Shown here in pieces: positions 1 through 13,100 of a DNA stretch of 64,000 nt. Within the stretch, counting starts at the first letter, position 1. Each line of letters opens with the position of its first letter. The DNA lies in contig MU058451.1 of NCBI GenBank assembly GCA_013265495.1, positions 1,712,167 to 1,776,166 of the forward strand. The letters run 5' to 3'. The notes under the pieces are model-generated. The model saw nothing but the letters and a program-made list of their open reading frames with translations, was not told the origin of the DNA and did no database searches. The stretch comes from Vicugna vicugna (taxonomy: Eukaryota). The translations under genes and the position numbers were made by a program.

Positions 1-1299
1 TGGCTTTAGCATTTGCTAGTTTACAGATCACACTGACACCCATGATCTGGGTATTCTGCTGAGGTCACTCGCCTGAGGTCCAGGTGATACAATATCCAGT
101 TTAGAGATAAACCGAAGCTCAGAAAGATATTCATTTGCTCAGCCATGCAAATAATTAGAAGCAGAGCCTGCACTCAGCTCCATGGTTTTTAATTTCAAAT
201 TCCATGTTCCTCGCATTGTGACATGTTGCCTTTTGGTTTGATGGGTCTTAAAATTGATGAATGAGAAAGAAGGCATATAGAAACAGGGAAACTGGTTTAA
301 GAGATCTGAGTGTGGAAGAGTGAGATTTCAAGAAAAGAAAAAAAAATAGGGCATAATGCATTTAGAATGAGTACCAAAAAGCTTTATTTTTGAACATGGC
401 TAAAAACAGACTGCGAACATTAATTATGTACACAATCATTGGTGATTCACTCAGATAGTTTATTAACCTGGATATGACCCTGAGAAAACTAATGAGAACC
501 ATGACTCTAGATGACCTTTTCTCAATGCACTGAGTACAAAATAAGGGGAGAATCATAAGCATTGCTGAAGTCAGAGCATCTTAAATTATCCTCTCTCGTC
601 AAGCCCACTGGCTTTCACCTGACTAGAGCAGGACATGGAGCACAGTGACGAGGCTTTCCTTATATCCCGTGCTCACCGCTACCCAGCTGCTCTTCTAAAA
701 TGGAGGCCGCCATGATGGTTCCTATAACATGGATGGTTAAAATATAACGGGAGGACATGCGTGAAAGTAATACTTGGTCATTTTAGAAAATTTGAAAAAT
801 AGACAGAAATATAAAGAGTAGGAAAAATGTTGTCCATGGTGCTACCTTCCACAGTCACTTCCTATTACATTTTAGTTTACCTCTGTCCAATTCATGTTTG
901 TGGCTTTTTGCATATTATAAATAAAACTGAAGTATTTTAAATTCTCTCTCCCCAGCTCCGTTTTCTTCTGTCCCCAGCGCCAGCCACTTTCAAAACTGGC
1001 ACACATCCTTCAAGGTAATATTTTATATTTTTGTTATATACACATTTGTATGATATTATTTTGAGGTTTTGAAATTTTTGCATAAATGCTACCATACTGT
1101 GCTAAAGCCCTCTTCAACTAAGGTTTTTTTTTCATTCAGACTATTTTTTTAATCTATCCTTATTGTCAAAAGTGAATGCATTTCTCATGGATTTTAACTG
1201 CAAGATAATATTTCATTATATGACTACACCATAATTTATTTATTCCTCTGAATAACATTGAGTTCTTTTCAATTTTCCTCTTATATTTAAAAAACACTC

Positions 1300-1480
1300 T
1301 ATGTGTGTAACTACGGATGGTTGTGGATATTACCTAGCTTATTGTTGTGATCATTTAGCAATGTATACAAATATCAAATCGTTATTTTGTCCACCTGAAA
1401 GTAATCTATTACATGTCAATGATATCTCAATGAAAATTTAAAAAACAAAATTCTTTCACATTAAAAATAAATAAATAAAT
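1300..1480 (+). mobile_element. L1 3' terminal fragment
   Basis: ttgtgatcatttagcaatgtatacaaatatcaaatc...cacctgaaa...tatctcaat plus an A-rich tail. Confidence 0.7.
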
Positions 1481-3789
1481 CTTGTCCTAGTTATTGGTCA
1501 CATACTTGGCGACTTCCCTTGTTGGCTGTTATTAGTGGTGAATATTCCCTTCAAGCCCCATAACCAACCCCAGTTCCCTTTCTTTCTCTTTCTTCTTGGA
1601 GAAAAAGGCAGTGACAATGATTAAGGTAACACTGCGGCTCTGTGTAATGTGTCTTAGAAATGCTCAGCATAAAAATAAAGTCCTAAGTTTCTGGATGGAA
1701 AGGTAAGAGTGTCTGCATTACAGTCCTGTGTACTTACTGCTCCAGCCCACTCCTCCTCACCCCTGATGGGACAGCCATACTGAATGATCAAAGACATTAA
1801 TATTTGCTCATGCTATTCTCTGCATAAAATTACTTCACCCCTCCCCACACCCACCTCTTTTATATGTACTCCCTGAAAAAATTCATCCATGCTTAAGGAG
1901 TCAACTTTGAAGCATTTTCTAATCCTTTCAGATAGAATTGGTAGATTAGTTAGTATTTACTGCTTTATGTATATATAAATAAAGTTCTTTATTCGGTTCC
2001 AGAGAGGTAAGATGCTCAGCCTCTCTGTGCAGATAATACTAGTACGTATTTCTTATTGTTGCTGGTTCAAGAGTTAAATGAGTTAATACTTATCTGCTAC
2101 TTTGATCAGGACAGTTAGTAAGAGCTTAAAATTTTTAGCTGTTATTGTTTTCATTGCTATTTGTAGATCTTTGCATAAAGCCTGCATTGCCTTAATGACT
2201 ACAGCTTTATAATTAATGTTGATATCTGCCAGGCCAAGTCGTTTTCCTATTTTATTTTTTAATTAAAAATTTCTTAACTATTTTAAGCATTTTCCCTTTG
2301 AAGTCATAAGATAAGCATTTTCCTATGTCCTGAAATATTGTTGGTTAAAATATTTTTTAATGATTGCAAATATTCCATCATACACTAAGTTACTTATTCA
2401 TTTTCCTGATTTTGGACCTTGTAATGTTACAGTTTTTCACTGTTGTCAGCAATGCTATGACAAAAATTTTTACATAAGTTTTAATCTGTATTTCATATTA
2501 CTTTAAGATGGAGCTCTCAAAAGTAGAATTATTGAGTGGAAGTGGGTGGAACGCAGGAGCTAAGGGTATCAAAGGCCAGTCAGTTTTTACATTTTTGAAA
2601 CAATAAACTGTTAATATAAATATCTGTTAGACTAGCACTTCTAAATGTTGTATATTCTCTGACCAGTAGATCCCATGATTATCTGTCCATTGATGTACCT
2701 TTTTTGCTGTAAAAGTTGGAGGCAATGATACATAGGGTCTATGTCAGTAAATCAAATACTCTATAATCCTAGCATGATGCAGGCTAAAATAGTGCCTAGA
2801 GAAAAGGAAATTTCATAGCTGGAATATGATTCAATTCCCATAAGGACAAAAGTGTTGACCTTTTCAAGACAGAATCTTTTCAGGGTAATCAGCTTGTCAC
2901 CAAGTGGCTGAGTAGTTTCCTCGAAGATGGTAAGGTATTGGAGGCTTAAAGTCAGTCTTGTGTTTCTTGAATTCGGGACCCCTAGGCCCCATACTATTGA
3001 ATGCTCTAGGTTTAAATCCAGTATTTTGGAGTGAAGTTGAAATTATTGATAATATTTGCACCAAAATCACTTTCGATTTGAGTTGACGTTGTAAAGAATT
3101 CTTAGTATTTATAGTACGCGGCTCTGGTTTTAGAATGCTGATGGGTCCTCCGGTGATATAATAGGAAAACTGTTTGTGGTGATGACCACCATGAAGGGAA
3201 GGAACATGCGCGCATAATGTCATTAAGAGGGATGCAGGTCACTTTTGTAAAAACAGGACAAAACAAGTTACTTAGTGTGATAGACCCAAACAGACGAAGA
3301 TGAATAAAATTTTGGTGATAGCTATTTTAACACCTAAAAAGAAAAGAATTCCCCATTTTCATATAACCTTGGAGGAGATTACACAGGATTTAGGATCATA
3401 TGCTCAGAAAGGATGTAATAATATTATGACATTTTAAAATTATGCTTTAGTCATTGGGCTAATCTCAAGTTTAAAAATGAAGCGATTTGTTCCATTAGAC
3501 CCAAGAGATCACAGAAGCTAATTATTCCTTCGCTTCCTCGGGCATAATCTCCCTGTCTGTTGTTTTAAGGAGCTAATTCTCTGAGGATGCTATTAGCAAC
3601 TCACTTCTGCACCGTTTGTCCCACACTGGAAATAGTGCGGGTGTTTTAAATGTCACTGTCTTTCCAAAGCATAAACCTCCATTAGTCATTTATATTCATG
3701 TTTTACCAGGAAATAATGTCACTACGTGGCGATAGGATATTATTAGGGTAAGTTAAGTGGGATACTGAGAAAGTTCTAAGAGCAATGTG

Positions 3790-4250
3790 CACTTTCACGC
3801 CTCTGTGCCTTCGTGTATATTGTTCCCTTGACCAGGGAGCCTCTTTACCTCTCTCTCTCTCTATTTCTTATGAATTTCGACGTGTATTCAAGGCCCAGAT
3901 CAAATATCAGCTCTGTAAAGCCTTCTCTGTCTTCCCCAGTATAAAGCTCTCTCACCTTCCCCTTTGTTTAAACAAGTGTTTTAATACTTACCAGGCTCTG
4001 ACTGTGTGTCTCTTTCTAGTTCTCTGCTGGCTTCTTATCTGTCTGCTCCATTACATTTAAACTTTTAAATTGGATCTTTCTCATCTTTGTTGCCCCAATA
4101 CCCAGAACGAGGCTTGAAGCACAGTAGACACTCAGTCTGCTTACACCGTGTGCTGTTTTTTTCTAAAGGGTTTCTCATTCCACCCACGCCGCCTTCAGTA
4201 CCTGTCAACATGGATGCCTCTTTGCAAATGTTTGTAGAATTGAACAGAAT
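3790..4250 (+). mobile_element. L2 3' fragment
   Basis: ttcaaggcccagatcaaatatca...cacagtagacactca...aaatgtttgtagaattgaa. Confidence 0.55.
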
Positions 4251-4419
4251 CCATTTACATGTAAGACAAATATTTGATAATTATTTTAATTTTCTTAACT
4301 CTCTCTAAATGGCTCTAATAATAGTAGATAGATGCCCATTGCCATTACTATGAGCAGTCCATAATGGCACTTAGGAATGAATAACTGGCTTCAACTTTCT
4401 TCAATAAAAGCCTATAATC

Positions 4420-5605
4420 TGAAACCACTATGCATGTGTACTGGAATTGGACAATTAAGTAAATGGATGGCAGAAGGTGGGAGCCAGGTTTCTCTCTGTT
4501 GGAGTGGGACGTTTCAGACAAGCAAGGAGAGAAGGCTAGAATGATCCAAGTGGAAATAGGTTAGAATTAGAAACATCAGTATGAACTCCTGTTAGGCTTA
4601 ATATAAATGCAAATGTATAAGTAGGTAGATACAAATATGAGGATCATAACATGCGTTTGTATTTCCTGGCTCAGTCAACTGAGGGGGTCTGGAGATAACA
4701 CCACTCCAGCAGCAACAAGCACACCTAGTGCCCAGACCTTGATTTCTGTAGCATTCTCCGATAAAAAGAACCAGAGTCCTTGGAGAAATGGTTGATTAGA
4801 GAACTGGAGCAAGAGATGTACAAGATGAGCCTGGAGCATCTTTTAGGGCCAGAAAGTAAGCAAGTACTAAAACAACCACCAATGATGGACAGGTCCAAGG
4901 GGCACAGGAGTCAGCTGAAACAGCTCCCAATGGCCAAATTGCGACAATTTAAGCAACAAAATATAGTAGTGTATTATAACCTAAAGTACAAAGTATACAT
5001 CTGTGAGTCCATACTAATGTAAATGATAGATAAGCAAACAGACAAACACGAAGAAGAGACAAACCTTCCCTGCAGAAGAATTTCAATAATTTATACAACT
5101 TCTCCACCCTCAAGGTGGAGCATAGTTCCTCATTCCTTAAGTGTGGGCTGCACAGGGTGACTGCCTTCCAAGGAGTGCAGGATGGAAAGATGAGGAAAGA
5201 GTAGATTTACGGTGGAGAAACTCGACGAACTCCCTCTCAGTCAAGACCCAAGACTAACATCAACAGTGATAAATCGTAGGGATGGTCTGTGATGGGAGTG
5301 GTGCTTTTTGTCTGTGGGTCTTCTTTGATCCCTTTTCCTGTCTTCTTCCCCCAAACCCATAACTGAAGACTAATAATGAGAAAAACACCAGAAAAAAATC
5401 CCATTGGAGGTACATTCTACTAAATACCTGGCCAGTACTCCTCAAAACTTTCAAGATCATTAAAAATAAGGGAAGTCTGAGAAGCTGTCCCAGCCAGAAA
5501 GAACCTGACCTCTGAAAGTTACACAGCATCCTGGATGGAATAGAAAAGGGACATTAGGTAAAAACTAAATCTGAATAGATTGTGGACTTCAGCTAATTTA
5601 AAAAA
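4420..5605 (+). mobile_element. Old L1 3'UTR (L1MC/L1MD-like)
   Basis: Recognised motifs gtacaagatgagcctggagcatctt and ccttaagtgtgggctgcacagggtgactgccttcca; A-rich end. Confidence 0.65.
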
Positions 5606-8499
5606 AACTATCAGCACATAATATAAAGAGCCAACCAGAATGTCAGATGTGGACTGGAGTATGGCGAACATTTAGCATGGATTAGGTAAATGAGTGTGGG
5701 AATGAATGGGCTTTCCTTACAGTTATGCTCCTCACCCACACATACATAGGGACCAAAATCATATAAACAAAATCACATAAATCATATGAATCATATAAAC
5801 ATATAAACATACATATAAATATGTACACCCATATATGTCTAAATATGGATATAAATACTAACAAGTGAGAGTAGACAATTAGATACATTTCTGGCTTATT
5901 GGTGCGATCTTTTCAAAACTGGAGCCCTTCATTTTCATTCTCCTCTCATTTCAATAGACTATAAAAATTTCATTAGGCCAAGTGATAACCCAGTTGTAAG
6001 GCTATTGGCTTCTGCATTTCTGCAAAACTCAGAGATATAGAGAAAACACTTAATCACTGTATTTACAAGCAACCACCAAGTGTGGCTGCTGATTTCTTCT
6101 CCTTGGCATCCCTGCCACAAATGACCACACGTTCATTCACGTATTTCACAGGGATGCTAGACACATTTCCACCACGTCTGACCACATGCAGCTCATTCCC
6201 CATCTAACAGGCAGATCGATGCACAGAAACAAACTGCAGCCGACATCAAGGAAGGCTTCACCAAAGAGCTTCGATTCAGCTGGACTTGAAAGATGAATGG
6301 GCATCCAGTGGGGAAGCAATCACAGTCATACTAGACCTTGAGAAAACAGCGACTGTTAACTAGTCATTCTGTGTTTCTACATGAGGACGGAGTAGGAGAA
6401 GTCTAGGAACAAGGTTATCCTGTCTTTAGCAATAGAGGCAAAATGGTGAAGTTGGTGAGGGTTGTCTTTGATGCTTCCTGCTCTTAGGGGACATGAAGAG
6501 TGATTAGGGTCTGGTTTCATTTTTAACTTTCCTGGAATATTTTCCATCATTCTTTTCTAAAAATGCAAACATCTACATACAAATTCAGTACTTTTTTCAA
6601 GTTTTAAGTCATGCTCCTCTGCTTCATGGTTAAGAAGGGCAGTGATGTTCCAGAAGTGTCCAACCAGGTCTCCCTGGTCTCAAGGAAGAAAGAGAAATCC
6701 CCGACTCTTCTATAGAATCCTGAAGACCTGAGCGTCTCCTGAGAGCTTCCTTCCCTAAATGTGCCATCCTTTTCTCTCACACACACCCTTTCTATCTCTT
6801 CTAAATAGTATCCCAAACCCTACTCTTCCCTCGCCACCAAGACTCCCCACTTTTAGTTTCTGAATGCTTACTTCTTCTTTCATTCTGGAATTATCTCACT
6901 CCTTGGGATTGGATCTCTTCATCTTCTAACAAAAGCTACTCTGTCCTCGAGAAAGCCCCCTCCCATCCTTCCTTCCAAAGAGATAAAACATACTGTAGAA
7001 TATTTTAACTAGAAATAATAGCTCAAATCTGTGACATCATAGAAGAATAATTCAGTGGCAGGAGTGTCCAGGCAAGTAGGAAGAAAGGGTAGCTTTTTGG
7101 TGACCTAAAAGGAGAGGCAACCACTTTCCTCAATTTTTTTCCCACGGACAAGACTGACTTACAATGTATTCCCCACAACATTGCTGTACTGGAGACATTT
7201 TTCAAAATTTAATACCAAGAGTACTTGGTATTAAACTTAAAATTTGAAAGAAGCTATACAAGGTGAAAATATATTATGAATAGTTGGGGATGGGGTGGGG
7301 GTAGGGGTAGAGGAGCAATTTCTCCAGCTTTGGCTGATGCTGCCAGAAAGCTGACACCTAATTTGTACACATACAGGAATACTTGGCCTTTATTTAATAC
7401 ACCAGCCAGAGGAAATGACCTACCATTCATGTTTCTCTGACACCCTGAGGTGAAATCTGGGCTGCCACCCAGCAGCCACCTCACACAAAGCAGGGGTGAA
7501 GGGTGAGCATCCCAATTTTGCCACGATGGCATCTCTACCACGTGACTTGATAACCTGTGTTTAAAAAAATGTAGTCATGTGTGTTGAAATATCCTTCCAA
7601 ATTAATTTATTGCCAAATCTGTTCAAGGTTAAACTTTTCCCATATAGATAAAAGGCATACGAAAGTGTTAGTTTTTAACCTTTGAATTACAAGTCACTTC
7701 TCGGTCAAGTCTGCCCTTGAGTCTCAATTTGTCCCTTCAGGACCATCCAAAACAAACTTAATATCTCTTCCATATGATGGCTTTTTAAATATTTAGAAAC
7801 AGCTTTTATGTCCCCAATGTATTAGTTATCTCCCTCAGCAGCAATAGTGCAGAATTTGTTTACTGAAATAAAATGTAACTAAGATAATAGTTTACAATGA
7901 TTGAAAGGAGGTGTTTTTCATTTCTCTTCTCGTGGAACATTTTCCCTGGCAACCAGTCTTTCAGGATTGTCTCGGAGATGGGGGGTGACAGAGGCCACCT
8001 CCGTGAGAGCCCGACAGCTGCAGAGAGAGGAAGCTGGGAGTCCTGGAGAGGAGAACGGGGCTGAGGTAGGTGTGGCTCGCCTGTGACACCTGTGTGTTCC
8101 CACCCTACCTTTCTGGGTCAAAGTCCCAGAGTGGGAAAGCATTTTAGGTAGAGGGAAGCCAAAAGCTGAGGGAGGAAATCGGCCTAACTGGCTGGCACAG
8201 GCAAGTGGCATCGTGGAGGGAGCCTGGGGGAATATTCCAGAGCCACACTCGAATCCTGTGGGGGAGGAAGCAGCCCAGGGCTGCATGTACACCTTCAGGT
8301 GGGGAGCCTACCTGGCCAGAGGGCTCACAGCCCGGGGACAGGGAGCCCACGGTTGAGACTGCGGGACAGTTTGGCTAAGCTGAGATCAGTGGTGAGTCAC
8401 GGTAAAACCTCAGGAGTCTTCAGCCCTTGAGAGCACCATGCTGGGGCCGAGTCATCAGAGTGAGGACCTCAGCCCCTGGCTGAACCCGTGGAACAGAGT

Positions 8500-9060
8500 C
8501 TGAGTTCACAATGTATCCCAAAATTTTGAAGCTGACAAATGCAAAAAGTGTTACAAAGTCCAGGAAAAAAATAGCATAAAATTACTAATGAATTGCCCTA
8601 CCCACTTCTACAATATTTTTTTTCTACATTACTTGGCTGCATACTCAATCACATCTTCATATGATAATTACTTTTTAAAAATCATCTTCTGTAGAGAAAA
8701 TGGAAAGGTAATAAATTCTTTCCTCTAAAAATTGACTGCAAATTGTTTTTCTTATTAATTGTCTGACATAAAACATACGACTTCACACACATTCTGGTTG
8801 TTTGTCATACTGCTATAGGTTTGTGCTGTGCAAATACAAAATTTTCATGAATTCTATTTTATCCAAATCCCCTAAAATTCCATAGTGTCTTTGTAATCAT
8901 AGTTATACACTGTATATTTATCTGTGTATATTTATGATAGTTTGCTATTGACAAAAGAGAACTTCTGCTTTGACCAGGTGGCATTGAGAACAACTCTTCC
9001 ACTTACAATTCTACATGTCAAAAGATAGAAATCATTTTAATACGGTTATTGACCACTGGG
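8500..9060 (-). mobile_element. hAT DNA transposon relic (Tip100/Zaphod-like) with transposase C-terminal dimerisation-domain remnants
   Basis: Minus-strand translation gives LEERIYYLSIFSTEDD (8728-8681) and, after a stop and frameshift, LSYEDVIEYAAK (8667-8632), resembling the hAT C-terminal motif. Confidence 0.7.
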
Positions 9061-9639
9061 GTTTTCAGTTCTCTGAAATGTCTGTTCATATCCATTGCCT
9101 ATTTTTCTATTTTTCTTATTCATTTGGATGTATTCTTTATATATTCTTGGTAGTGCTTTCAAAATTTCCTCTAATCTGATGTCAAAGAGATGCACTGCTG
9201 TAATTTTTAAGTTAAATTTTTTTTCACATTCAGGCCTTTAATCTGTCTGAATTTTGTTTTCTCAAAGGTATGAGTTTATCTTTTTTGCCACAAGAAAGTA
9301 ACGTTATACCATCACCATGACTGAACAGACCATCCTTTCCTCACTGAGGTAAGGTATTATCTTTATCATAAAATGAGTCTTCATACGTATTTAGATCTAG
9401 ACAACACATGCATTATATCATAAAGTGTTGTATGTAAATTTCTGAAATAGATGGATAGTAAATGCTAGCAAAACCACAGCCCTAAAGGAGTACATTATTG
9501 TGAATGACTGAATTGGCCAGAGAGCTAGGGGACAGCATTTTGAGGTTCAAGACTTTTTAATTGTGTCAGTTTTGAAGGGATATTATTCTATATGAAGTAT
9601 CCCTATTTTTAATTTATCCTTTGAGTTACAAGTCTGATA

Positions 9640-11990
9640 ATAACTCTTCCTTGTAATGTTTTGGCACTATGGCAGACCAAACTAACAAAGAAAACCTCAT
9701 TGTTATAAATTCATAGAAATAAGGGATGAAATATAAACAAATCTGAAAAAAACACATGACCAAGCTAGAAGGAAAGAGAAGGAAAAGTCCCAGTGCTGAA
9801 GCAAAAGGGGAGATTAAGAGATGAACTGTGAATCGACAAGCTGGAGTTGTGGCATCCTAGAGAGATACAGAATCAGAGGTAGATTGGAGGATCTGGAGCT
9901 GGGGTTTTAATCCCCATGCCAGGGTAGAAGATGTGACTTTAGGGCCCCAGGGTATGTAGCAAGAACCGAGACACCTGCAGAAAACTGAGCTCTGGGAAGG
10001 CTGCCTCCTCCAAAAAGGTGAACTGGAAAAACTCTCTCTGCCAATACTTCTGCCCAGGGAAGCGATAAGAAACTGGGTGAAGAAGGAACTAAAAAGTCTG
10101 AGCCATGTACCTGTGAATCTTACCAAATGTACAATAAGGGAACCATTGCAACAACAGAAAATTAACGTCCGAAACTAGTCCTGATGTGGGGTAACCCCTG
10201 GGGCACCGGGCAGAAGCAAATACACAGTCATTATTCAGCAGACTTCAGCCCAAAATACACACGGCTCTCACAGAAGGATGATCCCTGTGGAAAACAAACT
10301 CACCTTCCAAAATTACACGGTGCACTGGGAAGTGATCTGCCTCCTGCAGAGTCAACACAAAGAAGAAAGAGCCACGTTAGACTTTTAGAATATTCGTATA
10401 CACAAAATCACAAAAGTGGTCATATCTAGAATGATGGCGATAGGTTTTTAAGGCACTTCTTTTTCGTAATGGAAGTACTGTGGATTGAACCCAGGACCTT
10501 GTGCGTGCTAGGCATACACTCTACCACTGAGCTATATCAACCCACCTCGATGTATTTTTTAAATGGAAACATTATTGCAAAAAAGGAATATTATAAGAAA
10601 TAAAACATATTTTCTTTAAAAAGAATATATAGAATTTAAAATTTTAATTATTTGATGTTAAAAACTTAGCAAATTGGATTGTAGATGAGACAGTAGAAGA
10701 GAGAATTAGTGAACCAGATTTTCTATCCAAGAAAGCTTATTTTGGTGCAACACAACAAGAAAAATAGATTAAACAACTGTTAAAAGACAAGGATGAAAGA
10801 GCCAAGAAGGAGAGTGTATAAAGAATGGCAATATTGAAAGATAATGACTGATATAATTTCAGAATTTATGTAAGACAGAAATCCTCAGGTTAAAGTAAAA
10901 ACATCTAGTCTAATTAGCATGAAATAAAAAAATTAATTCACACCTAGAAAAATCTTAGTAAACTTGTGAAACATCAGAAACAACCAAAGTATGAAACTTC
11001 AAAACATCTAATTTAGTTAGGATGAAGAAAAATAAATTCACACTTAGAAAAATCATAGTAAAAGTGTGAAACATCAAAAACAGTAAAAAACACCCAGAGG
11101 TGAAAGCTAGATTATCAACCAAGGAACATTTATACTGGTAGCTCTCTTCTCAATGACAACAATATAGGCTAAAGACAAAAGCGTATTTTCAAACTTCCAA
11201 GAGAGAACAGCTGTCATCCTTAACTGTTAAAAATAAACTATCATTTAAGAATTAGATTTCAAAAAATATACATTTTTAGGTAAATAAAAAAAATACTAAT
11301 GGATGTTGTTTAGGGATAAGTAAACAGATCCTAGAAGGAGTAGGGTACGTATGAAACAGAGAATTTAAAAGCATTAGGAAACATCTGGAGAAGTCTAAAT
11401 AAACATTAACTGTAAAAACAAGAGCAAAGACTAATTTGGAGTGAGAGCGTTTAAAAAGACGGTGAAATTAAAATATTTCACAGCCATGACATGGAAGATA
11501 GGAAACACGATAATTCAAGTCCATGTGTTTGTTCTAAGATGCTTCTATTGTTCAAGATGAAGTCAGACCTTTTGATGATTATTATTAGCTTTTTAGAGTC
11601 AAATATGAATGTTAAAAATTTAAGGATAATTACTAAGTAAATAAGAAAAGAATCTGTAACAGTAGACCAGTCGAGGGGTTAAAAAGGTGAGGAATAAAGA
11701 AAACTTGATGGATCCAGCAGAAAGGCTGGATTTCCACTTCTAGCTGCGTAACCTAGAGAGACTGTGGCACAGGCGTGGAAGAAAATAGCGACAACAGTAT
11801 TCACTGCATCATTCATCTCTGTCTATAGCAGAATAAATAAATTGTGGTAAAGTTATACAATGGAACATTACAGGCAATTGAAATAAATTAACTACATCAA
11901 CATGGATAATGCTGGAAAGAAATGTTGAATATAAAAAATAAGTAGCAGAATGATAGGTAAAAATGATGCCATTTACTTAAACTTATGTAC
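9640..11990 (+). mobile_element. Ancient degraded L1 (5' region / ORF1-like and 3' fragments)
   Basis: Strong A-rich strand bias and L1 ORF1-like motifs (gaagagagaattagtgaac; cacacctagaaaaatc). Confidence 0.6.
10457..10546 (-). mobile_element. Diverged tRNA-Ala-derived SINE (Vic-1 type) inserted in an old L1
   Basis: tggaagtactgtggattgaacccaggaccttgtgcgtgctaggcatacactctaccactgagctata aligns with the other two copies. Confidence 0.85.
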
Positions 11991-12047
11991 ACAAAAAAGA
12001 GATCTCAGGAGTTTATGAATGCATTTGATGTCTTCTCTGTAACTCAC

Positions 12048-12544
12048 AGGGACTCGAACAGATATTTATATACCAATGTTCACAGCAGCATTATTCACAA
12101 TAGCCAAAAAATAGAAACAACCCAAATGTCCATTATCAGATGAATGGATAAACAAAACGTGACAGATACATACAATGGAATATTATTCATCCATTAAGAG
12201 AAATGAAATTATGATACATGTTACAGCATGGATGGACCTTGAAAACAAGTGAAATCAGCCAGACACAGAAGGTCAACCATTATATGATTTCACTAACATG
12301 AGATACCTCTAATGGTCAAATTCATAGAGACAGAAAGTAGAAGTAGTTGCCAGGGTCCAGAGGTAGAGAATAATTAGTAGTTATTGTCTGAACAGAGTTT
12401 CAGCTTGGGGTGGTGAAAAAGTTCTGGAGATGGATAATGGTGATGGTTGCACAGCAACTGAATATATCTAGCCACTCAACTGTACACTTAAAAATGGCTA
12501 AACCTGTAAAAATTTATGTTATGTATATCTTATCACAATAAAAA
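12048..12544 (+). mobile_element. L1 3' fragment (L1MB-like)
   Basis: atgttcacagcagcattattcacaatagccaaaa...aacccaaatgtcc...tgtacacttaaaaatgg...aataaaa. Confidence 0.85.
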
Positions 12545-12564
12545 TTATAGTAATATGAAAATCA

Positions 12565-13100
12565 AAAACACGAATTCAAAAAGATACATATACCCAATGT
12601 TCATAGCAGCATTATTTACAATTGCCAAGATATGGAAGCAACCTAAGTGTCCATGAACAGCTGACTGGATAAAGAAGAGCTGGTGTATATATACAATGAA
12701 ATATTACTCCATCATAAAAAAGAATGAAATTTTTCCATTTGCAGTAATATGGATGTACTTGAAGGGCATTATGCTAAGTGAAATAAGTCAAAGACAAATA
12801 TTGTATGACATCACTTACATGTGAAATCTAAAAAATACAACAAACTAGTGAACATAACAAAAAACAACATAGAGAACAAAATAGTGGTTACCAGTCGGGG
12901 GAAGGCAATATAGGGATGAGGATTAAGAGGTGCAAACTATTATGTATCAAATAAGCTCCAAAGATACATTGTACAACACGGAATATAGCCAATAATTTAT
13001 AATAACTATAGATTGAGAATAACCTTTAAAAATTGTGAATCAGTATACTGTACAGCTGTAACATATAATATTGTATATCAACTTCAATAAAAATGAAATG
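12565..13100 (+). mobile_element. L1 3' fragment (different subfamily from the adjacent one)
   Basis: atgttcatagcagcattatttacaattgccaagatatggaagcaacctaagtgtcc followed by a distinct 3'UTR ending ttcaataaaaa. Confidence 0.85.

Noticed and set aside
831..843. RE1/REST-like core (AGCACCATGGACA on the minus strand)
   Set aside because: Flanking consensus positions (TTC before, GCGCC after) do not match, and it lies in degraded repeat-like DNA.
7900..8480. GC-richer block with a 124-aa minus-strand ORF
   Set aside because: Probably an old LTR-like repeat that I could not assign; no coding signature or splice pattern.
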